Shown here one piece after another: positions 1-13,279 of a DNA stretch of 64,000 nt. Origin of the DNA: Antedon mediterranea. Lineage: Eukaryota > Animalia > Echinodermata. A program made the position numbers and the translations under genes. Under the pieces are notes generated by a model. That model had not been told where the DNA came from and made no database searches. It was given only the letters and a program-made list of their open reading frames with translations. Location: contig NC_092671.1 of NCBI RefSeq assembly GCF_964355755.1, positions 10,416,001-10,480,000 of the forward strand, written 5' to 3'. The first letter of the stretch is position 1. Each line of letters starts with the position of its first letter.

Positions 1-137
1 TAGACGCGTGCGATGTTGAAAAGCGTTTTCTTTTTTGTGAACGAATTTACTGATGAAATTGTTTAACTAACACAAGATTTTAGTTTAACATTAAACATTT
101 TCTTTTCAAAAGTTTGCTAAGCGAAGATAAAAAAATT

Positions 138-3100
138 ATGTCTGCAATACACATGCAAAAAATCGATGACGTAGGGGAAGATGGTTTCTTTAACCACGAC
201 AGAGCTCATTATATAACTGCTCCACCGGTAAGTATAATTATAACTGGTAATGGTGCCTAGCCTAGCCTAGGCCTAGGCCTAATTAAAAAAAAAACAAAAA
301 AAACTTAATATAAACGTACTTTCTATACTAAGCTAGGCCTAGGCCTAGGTGAGATAACCTTTTAGGATCCTACCCCCCTAGACCTGGTAGTAGGCCCATG
401 GTTAACTTTTATGATATAGGCCTTTGTATAAAGCTAAATCATTTTTATGAACGTTTATTCATATTAAATTAAACGACCATATTTTTCCAAAACAGACACA
501 TTCGTTTTTAATTTTATTTAAAAAATATTTAGACAGGATAAAAGCATATCAGGTATACCTAGATAATGCACCTGTTTTACATATGGTCCTGTTTTTTTAG
601 CAATAGATCAAAAACATTCATAAAAGACATTAAAAAAGCTTACAACATTACTTACTTACTTTTTAATATATCATCACATCATTCCATGCATCTGTTGTCG
701 TTACCAGTATGACAGTATGATAACTTTTTTTTTCAGAGTGGAGTTTTGAGTGTTCATATGAAAAAGTTACAAAACATAAATGAACAGTGTATCCTTTGCT
801 ATATTACAGTGATTTTTCTGACATTATACTACATCATAGCATGCAATGATGAGAATGAGTGGTAAGCCTATATCAACTTGAATAGGTAAATATGTGGAAA
901 TTACTATAATAATAATAATAATAATAGGTTGCTTTAGTTGGCTCATTTACGTATAACATACACTAATGTAATTTCCAATCATCTTTTTATCTGTTTTCAT
1001 TTATTTTATTTTTTATTCTAAAATCAACGACTCATTTTTCGTTTCACTCGATCCATAATTATAATTATGACAGACAGTATCCATGTACATGCTTGACAAC
1101 TGCACAACGGTGAACCATATATATACATAGTAACAGTTACAGAATCGAGATATTATACTGTGTTTATACATTTACAAACACCCGTTTTAATTAATTATAT
1201 ACACGGCACATTTACTGTAAGGATTAAAATGTCTCTAATGCATAAATTCTATCCATGGAGAAATAAGTTATAAATTGGATCATTTTGTCTCCGAACATGT
1301 TCTTAACACTGAACAGTAATTGGTGCGGTAGATCCAGAGTTGTACATTCGTTTTCGTGTAGGCAATTTCATCAAGACAAGTGGCAGATATACTTCTGAGG
1401 ATGGAACGATCGTCTTTGACGATACCAAACATTTCTCAATAACGGTATCGAAAAATGTTTATTTTAAATGACTGTTAATCTTTTCTATTTAAAGCTCTGA
1501 CTACGCTATAAAACTTTATGTGACAACAACGTGTGATGTGCCCATATAAACATGATGATGTCATATCACTACCATATTTGGGCATATCACTACCATATTT
1601 GAGGAGGAAACCACACATTTTTGTCAAACTCGTTTGATAGTGTAGACAGAGCTTTATAAATTTACAAGTTGATAATTTTCAATGTTCACGTCCAGTACAA
1701 TAATTCAGCTAATGTTCACAAGAACGCCGTTCAACTTTCTATGATGAACAAGCGTATTTTAATACAAGACATTTAAAAATGTCTTTTGTGAGATCACGTT
1801 GTTATTTTGGTTACTGCTCCTGTCATTATTCTCGAACTAGGTCTCTAGAAAGATGAATGATGTTCTCAATGAAGTTCGTGTTGACCTGGTATTAGTTGAA
1901 AACTCACATACGCATCGTATTGTTGGTCATACTGATATACACATGTTTGATATCATTAAGGTAAATATTAACTGTAGGGCCTACTAATGAAGTAAATTGA
2001 AGTTATTATGTACAAAAAACACGCACTATTAATATTTTTTTCTCATATTTAAATTTTTTTAAATATCGCCCTCTTACCCAATTCATTACAAAACGTCTTG
2101 ATGTTGTGATATTAGTGTTCGATCCACCAACTATATGTGCTATTATTATTGCTTAATAACGAGAATTATAAGCAAAAAAATTGTATTGTGCCGTCAGTTT
2201 TAATGATTTTCTTTAATATAAGATTAGTTGTATTATTCCTCCCCTTCAACTAATTGTACTAACTACTCCATTTTATACTCATTACTAACGTTTATAATGC
2301 ATTATCACGACAATAATTTGTAGCCACTATCCATTATGAATATTACGCTATATCATTTACCTTACATGATTAGAGATACATAGATGCTTAATCGATTCGT
2401 CTGATAGCTCTGTATTAATTCTATAGTTTTTTTTCCAATATTTATAGAGTTTATATTTAGCGAATACATACGACATCCGATACAAGCATCAGGTAACTAA
2501 AGCCCACGAAAATGGAACAATTGTTAGTTTGTTAATTGCATATTGTGATAATGTTTTAGACAAAATCGTGACAATACAACGATTTTATTGTTTGTATTAA
2601 TCATGACGTCATTTGAGTGGGTTAAAAATATTATTATCAAAGACAGGAAAAATGATTATCCTATAGTTCTAGAACGAAATTAAAATTTGTGTTGTTCTTT
2701 ATGTTAAGAAAAATGTATGTTCTAGTGTAAGCCTTTAGGCCGATCAATTCCTGGCGAACCATGGTTGTTTAAATCCTAAATTAAACACCATTAGATTGTT
2801 GGTAAGTTTGAGATGGAACTTTGTTTTGCTTATGGGATATTTGGATTTGGATATTCGCATCAACTTGAAAATCGGCAGAAAAAAATCAGCGATATCGTAG
2901 GTCATTCCTTATTTGTTAGGGTCGAACCTCCCGAATACCGGAAGCAATCTAAAAGGTACGTTGCATCATAAAGATATACATACCAAAACATTTTAATATT
3001 AAGGATAGGTCTGAATGCTCAGACAGTGTCTTATTAAACATGTGTTAAGTTCTCGAGACGACCTAAAAACTACGCCCGACCCTACCTCAAGACGACCGTC

Positions 3101-5442
3101 TTGTCGGGATTCAACTCAGATCGCACCAACGAGTCAAGGCGTTTCGTCGGGCCTCGTCGTACGACGCTGTCTGAGTTGGCTTTTAGATCTATCCTTAATA
3201 TTAAAATTATATATCCTTGTTCCCTGCTATAGCTGTTATAACCATTTAAAATATGTGACATAGTGTCAACTATTTATGCGTAGTATATGATGAAAAGTTG
3301 TTACTTTATATTATTCATTATCATCACATTATCGAATAACTCGATTATAGGCTGTACACATCCATATCTTCATATAAAAAATATATTTTAATTTATTTTT
3401 ATATAGTATTTATATGCATTTTTAATGTTTATACAAATTTTATTTTAAATGTTTTTTACACAATCAGTGCAATAGGTGACCTACTAGATAGTGATTAGGT
3501 TCGCTTTTTAGGAATCTCTGCCTGGTTTTGTGTGTTGTTTTCTTGTTGTTTATCCACGTTTTTTTATATTGTATTTTTATGGAGACAAAATAAACGTTTT
3601 AAAACTGCCCACCCATTCCGTTAGAATTTAAAATCTTTTTTATCGTATATAGTCGAAACATTAAGCCTTGTCTACACTATCAAACTTTATGTGACAAAAA
3701 AAATGTGATGTACCCATATATGGACATAGCATATTACTACTTTTTTTTCTTTCTGTAAAATTTGTATTAAAGTAACGTTATTACAGCGATACCTATGAAA
3801 CATCCTGAAATAATACATTTTAAAGAGAAGGCCGATATCGGAAGCTTTCATCTTGATCAAGGTACCAGAAATGTATTGTTTTAATTAGGCCAGATACTGT
3901 AGATATAATATGCTGTTGCTCTTCAATTTAGCGTTAGTGAATGTTTATTGTAAGAATTAATACCTATAATTAAACATTGTCTAATTTGGTGCTGTCTATT
4001 ACTTCGGAAATCTTGATAAAGCAATTATTTTATGTTTTCATCTGACAGATCCAGTTATATCTTCAGTGCAGTTGTTCAATGACGCTGATATTGTTGGAGA
4101 ATCAAGTTTATTGCACAGAATGTCTAAGAGAAGGTTTGTGGCATACGGTACTTAAAGATTGTGCTAATTACAGTTCTATGTCGATAAGAAAGATTATGAC
4201 ATCTATGATATCAATGTGGATGTTTCCGATATTACGTTTTGCCTTTTATTTATTACAGTATAGCTACCAACTTTACATATATAGAATATGTTATACAGGT
4301 AACAATTTTGATGACGAAAGTGGTAGTGATTATTATACTTATTTAGAGTAGCAAAATACTTTTACTTGACTACTTAGGATGAATCGTCTGCAAAACACTT
4401 TCTCACAACTCCATGGACGTCAGCAACGCAAGAAATTCCTTGAGAAACTTGTACTTAGCCATATAGATGACCACGGAGCCGTAGATGTAAGTTGATGATG
4501 AAATTCAATAACAAGTAGGGCCTAGAGTTCCCATTCAAGATGAGATTGAGAGCCAAAACCAGATAGTTTAGCAGCAGCGGTGGGTACCGTAGCTTACATC
4601 GCTTGCCATCATCGAACCGGCTATCATTATTAAAATTGTAATGAACAATCTATGTTATTGTAGTTGCAAAACCCTATAATTTATATGTACCAAATCATAG
4701 TTTAAAGTCAACCTACAACTAAAAACGAAAATAACTTATGGTATTGATGCCGTTATAATCTTTCTTCAGGATCAAGATATCATTCCGGATAAACCTGGAG
4801 TTGGAAATCGTGATGGAGAAAATAGTCCAGGGGTTGTTCCTGGGAATTTAAGTTCTAGCGAGGAAGACGACGAAAATGTTTACACATTAGCTCCAATGCT
4901 CATTATGGCACCAGGTATTTTATATACCTATAAAATAATTACTGTAATATTGGCTTATGATGGCCAAAGTGTAATTAATACCGTAATGCACACACACACA
5001 CATGTTTAATCGCTAATTAACAGGTAAATATACAAATAATGTACTTATTAGGTTTAACAACAAGAGGTAGGGGTCGTGGAGTTGCTGATTTACCGACAGT
5101 TTCAGAGGTATGGGTTGTTATTCTTTTCTTATACCTTGTTAGAAGGTATAATAATTTAAATATAACATTAGTTCTTGGTTGTCGAAATTGTTACGATTAA
5201 TTGATATAAACCCGTATAAGTAATTAATCTAAATGGAATATCTTCATTATATTTAGGAAGAACGATCGAACTCGGCAGACAGCACCACTAGAGCAGACGA
5301 GGCATCATCGAACAAGGAACCTCAAGACAACCAGCAAGCAGCCGAACAAGGTGCATCTGGCGGCGGAGCATCTACGGCACTTGCCCGTGGTCTTTCAAGG
5401 TTCATTAGCCTACGACCATGGAGAAAGACAGCAACGGAATAA
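138..5442 (+). CDS. C2CD6: C2 domain protein, C2CD6/CATSPERT (ALS2CR11, CatSper-tau)-like, 12 exons
   Basis: Exons 138-227, 737-788, 1317-1444, 1841-1960, 2448-2492, 2795-2955, 3773-3861, 4049-4133, 4378-4486, 4770-4914, 5052-5107 and 5257-5442 (TAA) join in frame with GT-AG ends. Peptides GVLSVHMKKLQNI, LYIRFRVG, IVFDDTKHFSITVSRK, IVGHTDIHMFDIIK and FEMELCFAYGIFGFGYSHQL..SLFVRVEPP resemble the C2CD6 signature as I recall it (FMFSYGNFGYGFSHQL..MFMNLAPPP). Confidence 0.8.
789..1316 (+). other. U12-type (minor spliceosome) GT-AG intron in the C2CD6-like gene
   Basis: 5' site GTATCCTTT at 789. Branch box TTCTTAAC at 1300-1307, about 10 nt before the AG at 1315-1316. No polypyrimidine tract. Splicing keeps the frame (Q-L-IGAVDPELY). 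Confidence 0.85.
1493..1653. mobile_element. Palindromic MITE family A (PIF/Harbinger-like), copy
   Basis: Termini AGCTCTG(T)CTAC..GTGTAGACAGAGCT with internal TATCACTACCATATTT repeats. About 13 copies in the window. Confidence 0.8.
2991..3206. mobile_element. TIR-bounded MITE in a C2CD6 intron
   Basis: Inverted ends TTTTAATATTAAGGATAGGTCTGAA..CTCAGACAG / CTGTCTGAG..TAGATCTATCCTTAATATTAAAA around a GC-richer core. Confidence 0.65.
3664..3745. mobile_element. MITE family A, partial copy
   Basis: GTCTACACTATCAAACTTTATGTGACAAAAAAAATGTGATG left end only. Confidence 0.7.
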
Positions 5443-5692
5443 ATACAATGTCTTACTAGAGGATTACATGACAACCAAAAAGTATGATTTGGAGATATAT
5501 AATAAGACATATGAGCTGTTTAATTGCCGACTCCCATCGCCCATTGAAAAATGTAATAATTGACGCTTCTCAGACAACAGAATAATGATATATTATATAT
5601 ATATACATTTACTACTATAAGTAATTTGAGAAATATTCAACAATTTCATAACTACTAATTTAAGTGTAGTTTAAATCAGCCTTTACCAGGAA

Positions 5693-5770
5693 AGAGTGTA
5701 TTTACAAGAGTGTATTTACAAGAGTATATTTACAAGAGTGTATTTACAAGAGTGTATTTACAAGAGTGTA
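5693..5770. repeat. 15-bp minisatellite (AGAGTGTATTTACAA), about 5 copies
   Basis: Direct tandem copies between the convergent C2CD6 and GPCR1 3' ends. Confidence 0.9.
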
Positions 5771-6104
5771 ATTTCACACTTCCCTGCCTTTACAACGTAT
5801 TGTAGAGACTAAAATGGAAACATACAAATGTATCGAATTTGTTTATACTCGAACTATACATTCAGTAGTCCCCTGCTTTCTTTGACGAAAGAAATTAGAT
5901 TTTTTCATCCATGTCCTAGACAAGAGAATATAGGGCACTGCAGTGACAATTTAGATAATCTTGTTTAATAGGTTTGTTTACTAAGACCAGATTAAAATTA
6001 AGAATCAACATTTCCTTTTTAGATGATTACTTTGCAAATAAATCAATATTAATTATTATAAATCATAATTCAGTGTGCTGCGTATTATAGACTCGGGTGG
6101 TGAT

Positions 6105-7016
6105 TCATCTCGAGCGTATACTACATAACCATTTCATCCGATTTCTTGTAGCTTCTCTAAACTCACAGATCCTCCATCCATACACAATAGGGTTGATCAT
6201 AGAGTATGCTACTGCCAAGTCAAAAAAGGTGGCGTACACTATATCCAAATGATTGTTTTCCATGCATCCCAAATCTTCAAACACGATTTCCAAAATGCGA
6301 AAAATATCAATCGGCAGCCAACATAAAGTACTAGATCCAACAGTAATAGCGAATGTGCGGAGCAGCCTCTTTGATATTTGTAAATCTTGCGATCTAGACG
6401 GGCCTATTTTCTTTTCATGTTTTAAAACAGTTTTATATATCATAATGTAAACCACATTAACCTGAACAAGAAGCGCAAAATTAATCAATGCTAATGCATT
6501 GTGCAGTTCAATCTGTAGTTCAGAGTAGATTAAAGAAATTGCGATTGTAAATGACAATATCCACGTAAAAAATACACCTACAAATAGCCTGTAAGGTGAA
6601 TTAATATCTTTATTAAAAGGATACAACACTACAAGAAGTCTTTCGATGGATATGGCTAACAATGACTGTAACGAAGCGATTACAAATGCTGTGGAAAGGG
6701 CTGTCATAGCTACCGCAGTATCTTGGTCAAAACCATCTCCAACAATAACAGTAATAAGAATTGTTAAAGCAAATAACCCGTCTGCCAGAGCTAAAGAAGA
6801 TGTGAAAATGTATTGACGCTTTCGTAGAGGTTTTTCAAAAATTATTGGCAAAAATACATTGACATTAAACAGTAGTGATAATGAGCACAGTATGTACAAT
6901 ATTGTTACGTTAATACTATCTGTTGAGAGTTGATGGAAAAATATCTCAATTAGATTGAAGTCGCAATAAACTGTCGACGTCTCTGTTAAATTGCTATCGG
7001 TGCTGTTGTTGTCCAT
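6105..7016 (-). CDS. Intronless class A (rhodopsin-like) GPCR, paralog 1 (most divergent)
   Basis: 303 aa with 7 hydrophobic segments, LALAD (TM2), ERL (DRY position), CWLP, NPIVYGWR and N-terminal NxS/T sites. Confidence 0.93.
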   Translation of the reverse strand: MDNNSTDSNLTETSTVYCDFNLIEIFFHQLSTDSINVTILYILCSLSLLFNVNVFLPIIFEKPLRKRQYIFTSSLALADGLFALTILITVIVGDGFDQDTAVAMTALSTAFVIASLQSLLAISIERLLVVLYPFNKDINSPYRLFVGVFFTWILSFTIAISLIYSELQIELHNALALINFALLVQVNVVYIMIYKTVLKHEKKIGPSRSQDLQISKRLLRTFAITVGSSTLCWLPIDIFRILEIVFEDLGCMENNHLDIVYATFFDLAVAYSMINPIVYGWRICEFREATRNRMKWLCSIRSR

Positions 7017-7940
7017 TTTTTATACCGTATTCTTCAGAACATACAATTCAAATACAGTAAAGCAGGTTTATCTCCATTTTGTTAAGCGTTACTTCGGACT
7101 GTATTCAACAAGGACACCACTTGTCCAAATTGTATTCCTTGCGTAATAATCCAATTTGTCATCTACTGTATAGTCCGTAGTTATTACATCATAATCGACA
7201 TATTTTGTTGTATGTATGTTGTATGAACTTCTCCGTGATAATTACAAAAGGTAGACTGGAAATCAGGTTTCGAGTATGCGCAGTAAACAGATGATCTTCA
7301 AATCATGTTATGCAATGTTTGTAGACCTATGGGCCGCCGCCGGGCTTCGAAAATGCAAGTGAATCTTCAGTTTGGCAATTGGGACAAGGTTAGTATTATT
7401 ACTGCGCATGAATCGTCGTATATAGAACGTTATTAAATTCTTAAATTCAATAGCTACAAGCATGACTAGTCATTTGTTTGGTTGAAGATTTAAAATTTAA
7501 TTCTAGTTGACAATAAGTGTAGTGTATACTCAACGTTGCAATTGTTGGTTGGCCATGAAACTGTTTACAGTGCTTTCCGGTCGAAGTTACCGAGTCTCCA
7601 ATAGACAGTTATCAATTCCATAGATTGATCAAAATATAATTAAAACGTACAAAACCTGTATTACCTATAATAGTTAAAGAACCACGTTTGATATCAAATT
7701 TTGATAAACCTTCAATGTATTAAATGTATTCAATACAGGGATATAGGGAAATTGAATAAGTAACTCGGGGATTTGCCTGATCATCAAAGCTGGAGAGACT
7801 GTCATAAGCATAGCAAGAACGATATAATTAACTAAGATGATATAATTGACTATGGCTGGAATACGCAACCAGTCATTGTTACCAGCCAGTTAATTTAATA
7901 GGCCTACTTGGAAAATGTCACTAATACTGTATACATACAA

Positions 7941-8253
7941 TTAACGATTGTCGTTTAGTTGAAGTACCAATTGTAAATTTAAAAACAAATTTATAAACGC
8001 TGTTGCCTTAGATGTAAATTTTATTTTAAAAATATGTGTACGTGTGACATCACTTCTAACCCAGGATTAAATGAATACCACAGAAAGATTATCTGCGTCA
8101 GTTAAAGAACCACGTTTGGATTAGATTAACAATTGTCGTTTATTTTAAGTAGCAATTGTAAATTTGAAAACAAATTTATAAACGTTGTGTGTACGTGTGA
8201 CATCACTTCTAATCCAGGATTAAAGGAATACCACAGAAAGATTATCTGCGTCA
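7941..8253. repeat. Local tandem duplication, about 130-160 bp x2
   Basis: 7941-8100 matches 8127-8253, including TGTGTACGTGTGACATCACTTCTAA..GAATACCACAGAAAGATTATCTGCGTCA. Confidence 0.85.
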
Positions 8254-9062
8254 CTAAACTGTATTATATATAACAATGTGGAGAGTATTCTATGTTCGTT
8301 TTATGTTGTGTTATTGACAAAATCGAATAAAAAAAATTTCTGAAACATACTACGCTTAATAAAATATTAATAACTGATATAATATCAACAATACATATTT
8401 GACATGCCTTGTTCAGTGTTCCGACGTTATGGTGTTTCATTCCGACCTACCGTCCCTGTAGTAAACTATACTATTTACCAGTATAAGATAAGATTACTTT
8501 ATTTCATCCACAAAACAAGTATAATATTTAAAGTAAGATCTACAAACATTAATTATTATTTTATATTTTACGCCTATGCTTTACGAGAAGAACAGTATAA
8601 TAATATATCTTATATTTTAATTGTAAAACCAAATATAATCAATCAGCTTTAATTTGTGTATTTTCTTACACATTGAAACTTATGCACTACAATACAGATA
8701 CCAGTATAATTGCAAATGAAAATCGAAAAATTGCTAAAACAGTCAAGGATTTTATATAGTAGAAGTATATCCTTTTCTTTAGAGTGTTTATGTTTCTGAT
8801 CAATAGCAATATTTTCTTTCTATTCCTGCTAACTGTAGACCATTTTTTGCCCCATTAGCAACATTTCCTCTCTGTTTCTGCCCAGTAGTAATCTTTATTT
8901 ACACTGCTTTCTGGCCAACATCAACATTTCCTTCTATTCCTATTCAGTAAATAACCTATTTTGATTTAGGCATAGGCCTATACACAGCATGATTTTCTTT
9001 ATATTCCTGGCCAGTAATAACCGTATTTCTAAACTGTCGCAAACATTGTTTTCTGTTCCCAC

Positions 9063-10064
9063 CTACTTGGTAATAACCTTTAGGCCTACTGTTGCCGTTT
9101 TCTGAGCAGTATTTTTTCTTTTCTGTACCTGCCCATTAGTAACCTTTTCTTTAGACGGATTCTGTTTGTCGCAAATAAATAACCGTTTCTTTACGCTTTT
9201 TCTAATATCTTTATTTCTCCATCCGTATACTAATGGGTTAATCACGGCATATAATGCTGCGAAGTTAAAAGCAATAGCGTAAACGTCAATATAGATTTCT
9301 GACGTGCAACTAATGTTAAGAAATATGTCTAAAAGTGTAGTTACGTTTATTGGCAACCAACATAGTGCGTATGACGATATGATTATTGAAAATGTTTTTA
9401 GAAGTTTCCGAGTTGTACTGACATTTGTATTTGATTGCAGGGATCCTCTGAATCTATGCGCCTCCATTTTCTTATCTTGTTTAGCAACATATCTATATAT
9501 CATAAAGTAGATGGAATGAAGAATGTGAATCAGACAGATTTTGAATATAGTTAGGAAAGTCTCCATTTCATATAAGTGTCCAAATGCAAACAATAAACCA
9601 ATGAATATAAACGAAAATAACCATATTAATGCTAAAATAAAAAATATTTTTCGAGCAGAATTCACATTTGGATTAAATGGAAACAAAACGATAACCAAGA
9701 GTCTTTCAACTGCTATAGCTAGCAATGTGAACAGGGACACAAGCGAAGCTGATATTCCAACAGTTGCAACTATTATACTGGATGTAGTTGAAGCGTTTTT
9801 AATTTTAACTGAAATGAGGAAGAAAACAGCAAACAGTCCATCTGAGAGTGCCAAAGAACAAGTAAATATATGACTTCGCTTACGTAGTTCCTTTTCAACA
9901 ATAAACTGTAGAATCACAAACACATTTAATAATACTGCGATAACACAAGTTATTTGAAACAGAACTTTGTTAACGTGGTATTCATCTGCTCCTAATATTT
10001 GGTAGTATATTCCTGATAAAGAATAATTGCACAAAAACGATCCTGTTTCGTTACTTTCCATCAT
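9063..10064 (-). CDS. Intronless class A GPCR, paralog 2
   Basis: LALSD, ERL, CWLP and NPLVYGWR. The likely start is MMESNETGS at 10064/10061 by paralog alignment, although the ORF track extends to 10139. Confidence 0.92.
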   Translation of the reverse strand: MMESNETGSFLCNYSLSGIYYQILGADEYHVNKVLFQITCVIAVLLNVFVILQFIVEKELRKRSHIFTCSLALSDGLFAVFFLISVKIKNASTTSSIIVATVGISASLVSLFTLLAIAVERLLVIVLFPFNPNVNSARKIFFILALIWLFSFIFIGLLFAFGHLYEMETFLTIFKICLIHILHSIYFMIYRYVAKQDKKMEAHRFRGSLQSNTNVSTTRKLLKTFSIIISSYALCWLPINVTTLLDIFLNISCTSEIYIDVYAIAFNFAALYAVINPLVYGWRNKDIRKSVKKRLFICDKQNPSKEKVTNGQVQKRKNTAQKTATVGLKVITK

Positions 10065-11461
10065 GTCACTGAGACTGCCTTTCGTATGAGCTTTGATGTA
10101 CTGAATTTTAAAACGTCTAAACGTATTGTTGACGATCATGGGCGAAATTATTTCCTATATTCTCATGGTCAAACCAATTATTACTGGTATTAATAAACGA
10201 GTATCTGTTATAGTAAATCTATAGCAGATATCATAATCTATTTCATGAACACATTCATATCAATTTTCTAATTTTCTTTAATCAATAATAATCAGAGATA
10301 TACATAAAGGAGTTGAGCCAACAAATAAATGAAAAGGAAAAAAAACCTGATAAACCGTGTTCGCACAAAGAAGGCTGACTAATCATGAAAGAACAACTTG
10401 AAACATCTTAATTACAGTCCAATCTAATACTAAAAGCTGTAATGCGTAGCTTAGTTACAAATCATTTATATTTGATTACTTTTTGTAATGCTTTAACGGA
10501 TTGCAGATCATAACGACATACGAGAGTGGGATAAAACATCAGAGAAACAGCGTCAAATTGATAAAAATAAAAAATGTCCAATGTGCTTTAAAAGTAGATT
10601 TAGGTCCTAGTACATAATGCTACACAAGTTCGATTTCGTTTCCCAAATATCAACGCTTTGAAGGACCTGCATTTAAAAACACTTATTCAAACAAACAAAA
10701 AAACTGTGTCAACTTTGAACAAAATGTCTATTGTTTTCAAATAATATAAACATTTATTAATGATTGATGGTATATAATACAATACAACCTTGTGATTTTC
10801 CAAAACTACTGCATATAATACATAATAAAGCATAATATATCGGAGAAGGTAGATTAGTTAGATGCTGCTCCCAAAAGTCGCAGGTATTTGTTCTTGAATA
10901 TCGTTAATATAATATTTACAAAAAGACTATGGATTACATTTTCTTTAATTGGGCTTATTGGAATCTTCGAACTATCTTTTTTTATGACAGTTTTTCATAT
11001 TTAATACTGTATATACACAGCTGGTATTCGATATGTGTTATTTATTTTGTTTTTTCTAATTGTTGGTTTAGGCCTATGTAAATAAAATAATATACTCAAT
11101 AAATCAAATTTATTTTGATCACTATTTTAAATTACATTTAGATGATAATTTCATTTTACCTGCTATGCTATTTGTGTATACAGGTAGTATATATAAAACT
11201 TAAATAATTACAATTGCTGCCAATGCTTTGACGAAACTGAAAATTGTTGTTGTAAAAAACGGTTTTCTGCATAAGAACCGTTTCTAATCGAATTCATTTT
11301 GTTTTTTCTATATATATGATTGTAATCGTTCTTTAAATTGTATTATGAAATTACTTTGACTGATTTAGTTTTTGCCGTACAGTAAAATGACAACAATAAC
11401 AATTTTATTGGACTGTTTCTGTTGTTTTCTGACAAATGGAAGTAGTACCGCGGGTAACCGT

Positions 11462-12371
11462 TTATTTAGAATCTTTCAGTTTCTTGCACAAAAGCAACCG
11501 TTTCTTTGCACATTTTCTAATATCTGTATTTCTCCATCCGTATACTAATGGGTTAATGACGGCATATAGTGCTGTGAAGTTAAATGCAATAGCGTAAACG
11601 TCAAGATAAATTTTTGTCGTGCAACTAAATTTAAACAATATGTCCAAAAGTGTAGTTACGTTTATTGGCAACCAACATAGTGCGTATGACGATATGATTA
11701 TTGAAAATGTTTTTAGAAGTTTCCGAGTTGTACTGAAATTTGTATTTGATTGGGATCCTCTGAATCTATGCGCCTCCATTTTCTTATCTTGTTTAGCAAC
11801 ATATCTATATATCATAAAGTAGATGGAATGAAGAATGTGAATCAGACAGATTTTGAATATAACGAAAACAATTTTCAATATATATAACTGTTCAAATGCA
11901 AACAATAATCTAGCGAATGAAAACGAAAATAACCATGTAACTGCTGAAGTAGCAAATAGTCTTCGAGCAGAGTTCACATTTGGATTAAATGGAAACAAAA
12001 CGATAACCACGAGTCTTTCAACTGCTATAGCTAACAGTGTGAGAAGAGATACAAGCGAAGCTGATATTCCAATAGAGGAAATTATTAATATGGATGTAGT
12101 CGAAACGTTTTTAACAGTAACTGAAATAAAAAAGAAAACAGCAAACAGTCCATCTGAGAGTGCCAAAGAACAAGTAAATATATGACTTCGCTTACGTAGT
12201 TCCTTTTCAACAATAAACTGTAGAATCATAAACACATTTAATAATACTGCAATGACACAAGTTATTTGAAACAGAACTTTGTTTGTTAACCTGGTATTCA
12301 TCTGTTCCTATAACGTAGAAGTGTATTTCAAATATTGAATAATTACAAAAAAACGTTTCGTTAGTTTCCAT
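11462..12371 (-). pseudogene. Class A GPCR paralog 3 with a 4-bp frameshifting insertion near the 5' end
   Basis: The homologous start ATG at 12371 reads METNETFFCNYSIFEIHFYVIGTDEYQVNK. The sequence then has GTTAACAAACAAAGTT where paralog 2 has GTTAACAAAGTT (+4 nt near 12280). The downstream 7TM frame 11462-12301 is intact. Confidence 0.75.
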
Positions 12372-13279
12372 TGTGTACTACTTGTGTACCTGTTTACGCT
12401 TCCAACTGCCGTTTATAGATAAGTAATTAGAATTTCCAATCAAAAAAATCTGCCGTGAATAAAATATTAAAACAAGATGTTGCAGCAACCTATTGGGTTT
12501 ATACTTTGAGATTCTTTTCAAAATCAATAGCACGATTCAATTTAAGATACAGAAAATATATTTCTGAAACAGCATATTTATGTTCCAGTAAAGTTGAATA
12601 CTATGGCTAGAGAACACTGACTGGATATAAAACTGTACAGTAGGTCAAACAGATTTTCTCTGGCCTTGTAATATTAAAATACGTAGTGTCATGACGTATA
12701 TGTCTGCTATTATATTATAGGATATACGTAAATACCGGTACTACAACACTATTCTTTTTTGTTGATAACAAGAATCTGCTGTTCGCCACGCATGAGAAAA
12801 TTGTTCAATTGTACTGCTGTGTTCTGTTGATTGTTCAATGCAAGTGAATAGAGAAAACAAAACAGCCTACGATAGTATCTCAACAAATACTTGAAAAATT
12901 GTAAAATAATTGCCTAATCTGTTTTTCTGCAAGTTTGAAAAGTATGTTCTGGGTTGTTTAAATTAGTTTTGTTCTTTTTGATTTCGCAGCTTAGTGTAAT
13001 ACTTACGAAGATTCTGATAAAAACGGCCAAAGTACAAAATATACAAAGTAACAATTAACAAAAACTGCCAGATATACTAAATGTAACACAGTAGTGTAAA
13101 TATTTAATTCAATATTATCTGTTATATAACCATTTAAGTGCTGAAGAATTGTGCAAAACTGTGAAACCTTTATTCCAATATCGATAATGTATTATACACA
13201 ATTATATCTCTATAAATGTAATCATGGGAACGTACGAACTAAATGTTTAAAAAGTTGTTTAGATTGTTTATGTTTTTGG

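Noticed and set aside
10065-10139. N-terminal extension of GPCR2 from the ATG at 10139
   Set aside because: It is not conserved in the paralogs, which start at M-E-x-N-x-T. It is probably 5' UTR.
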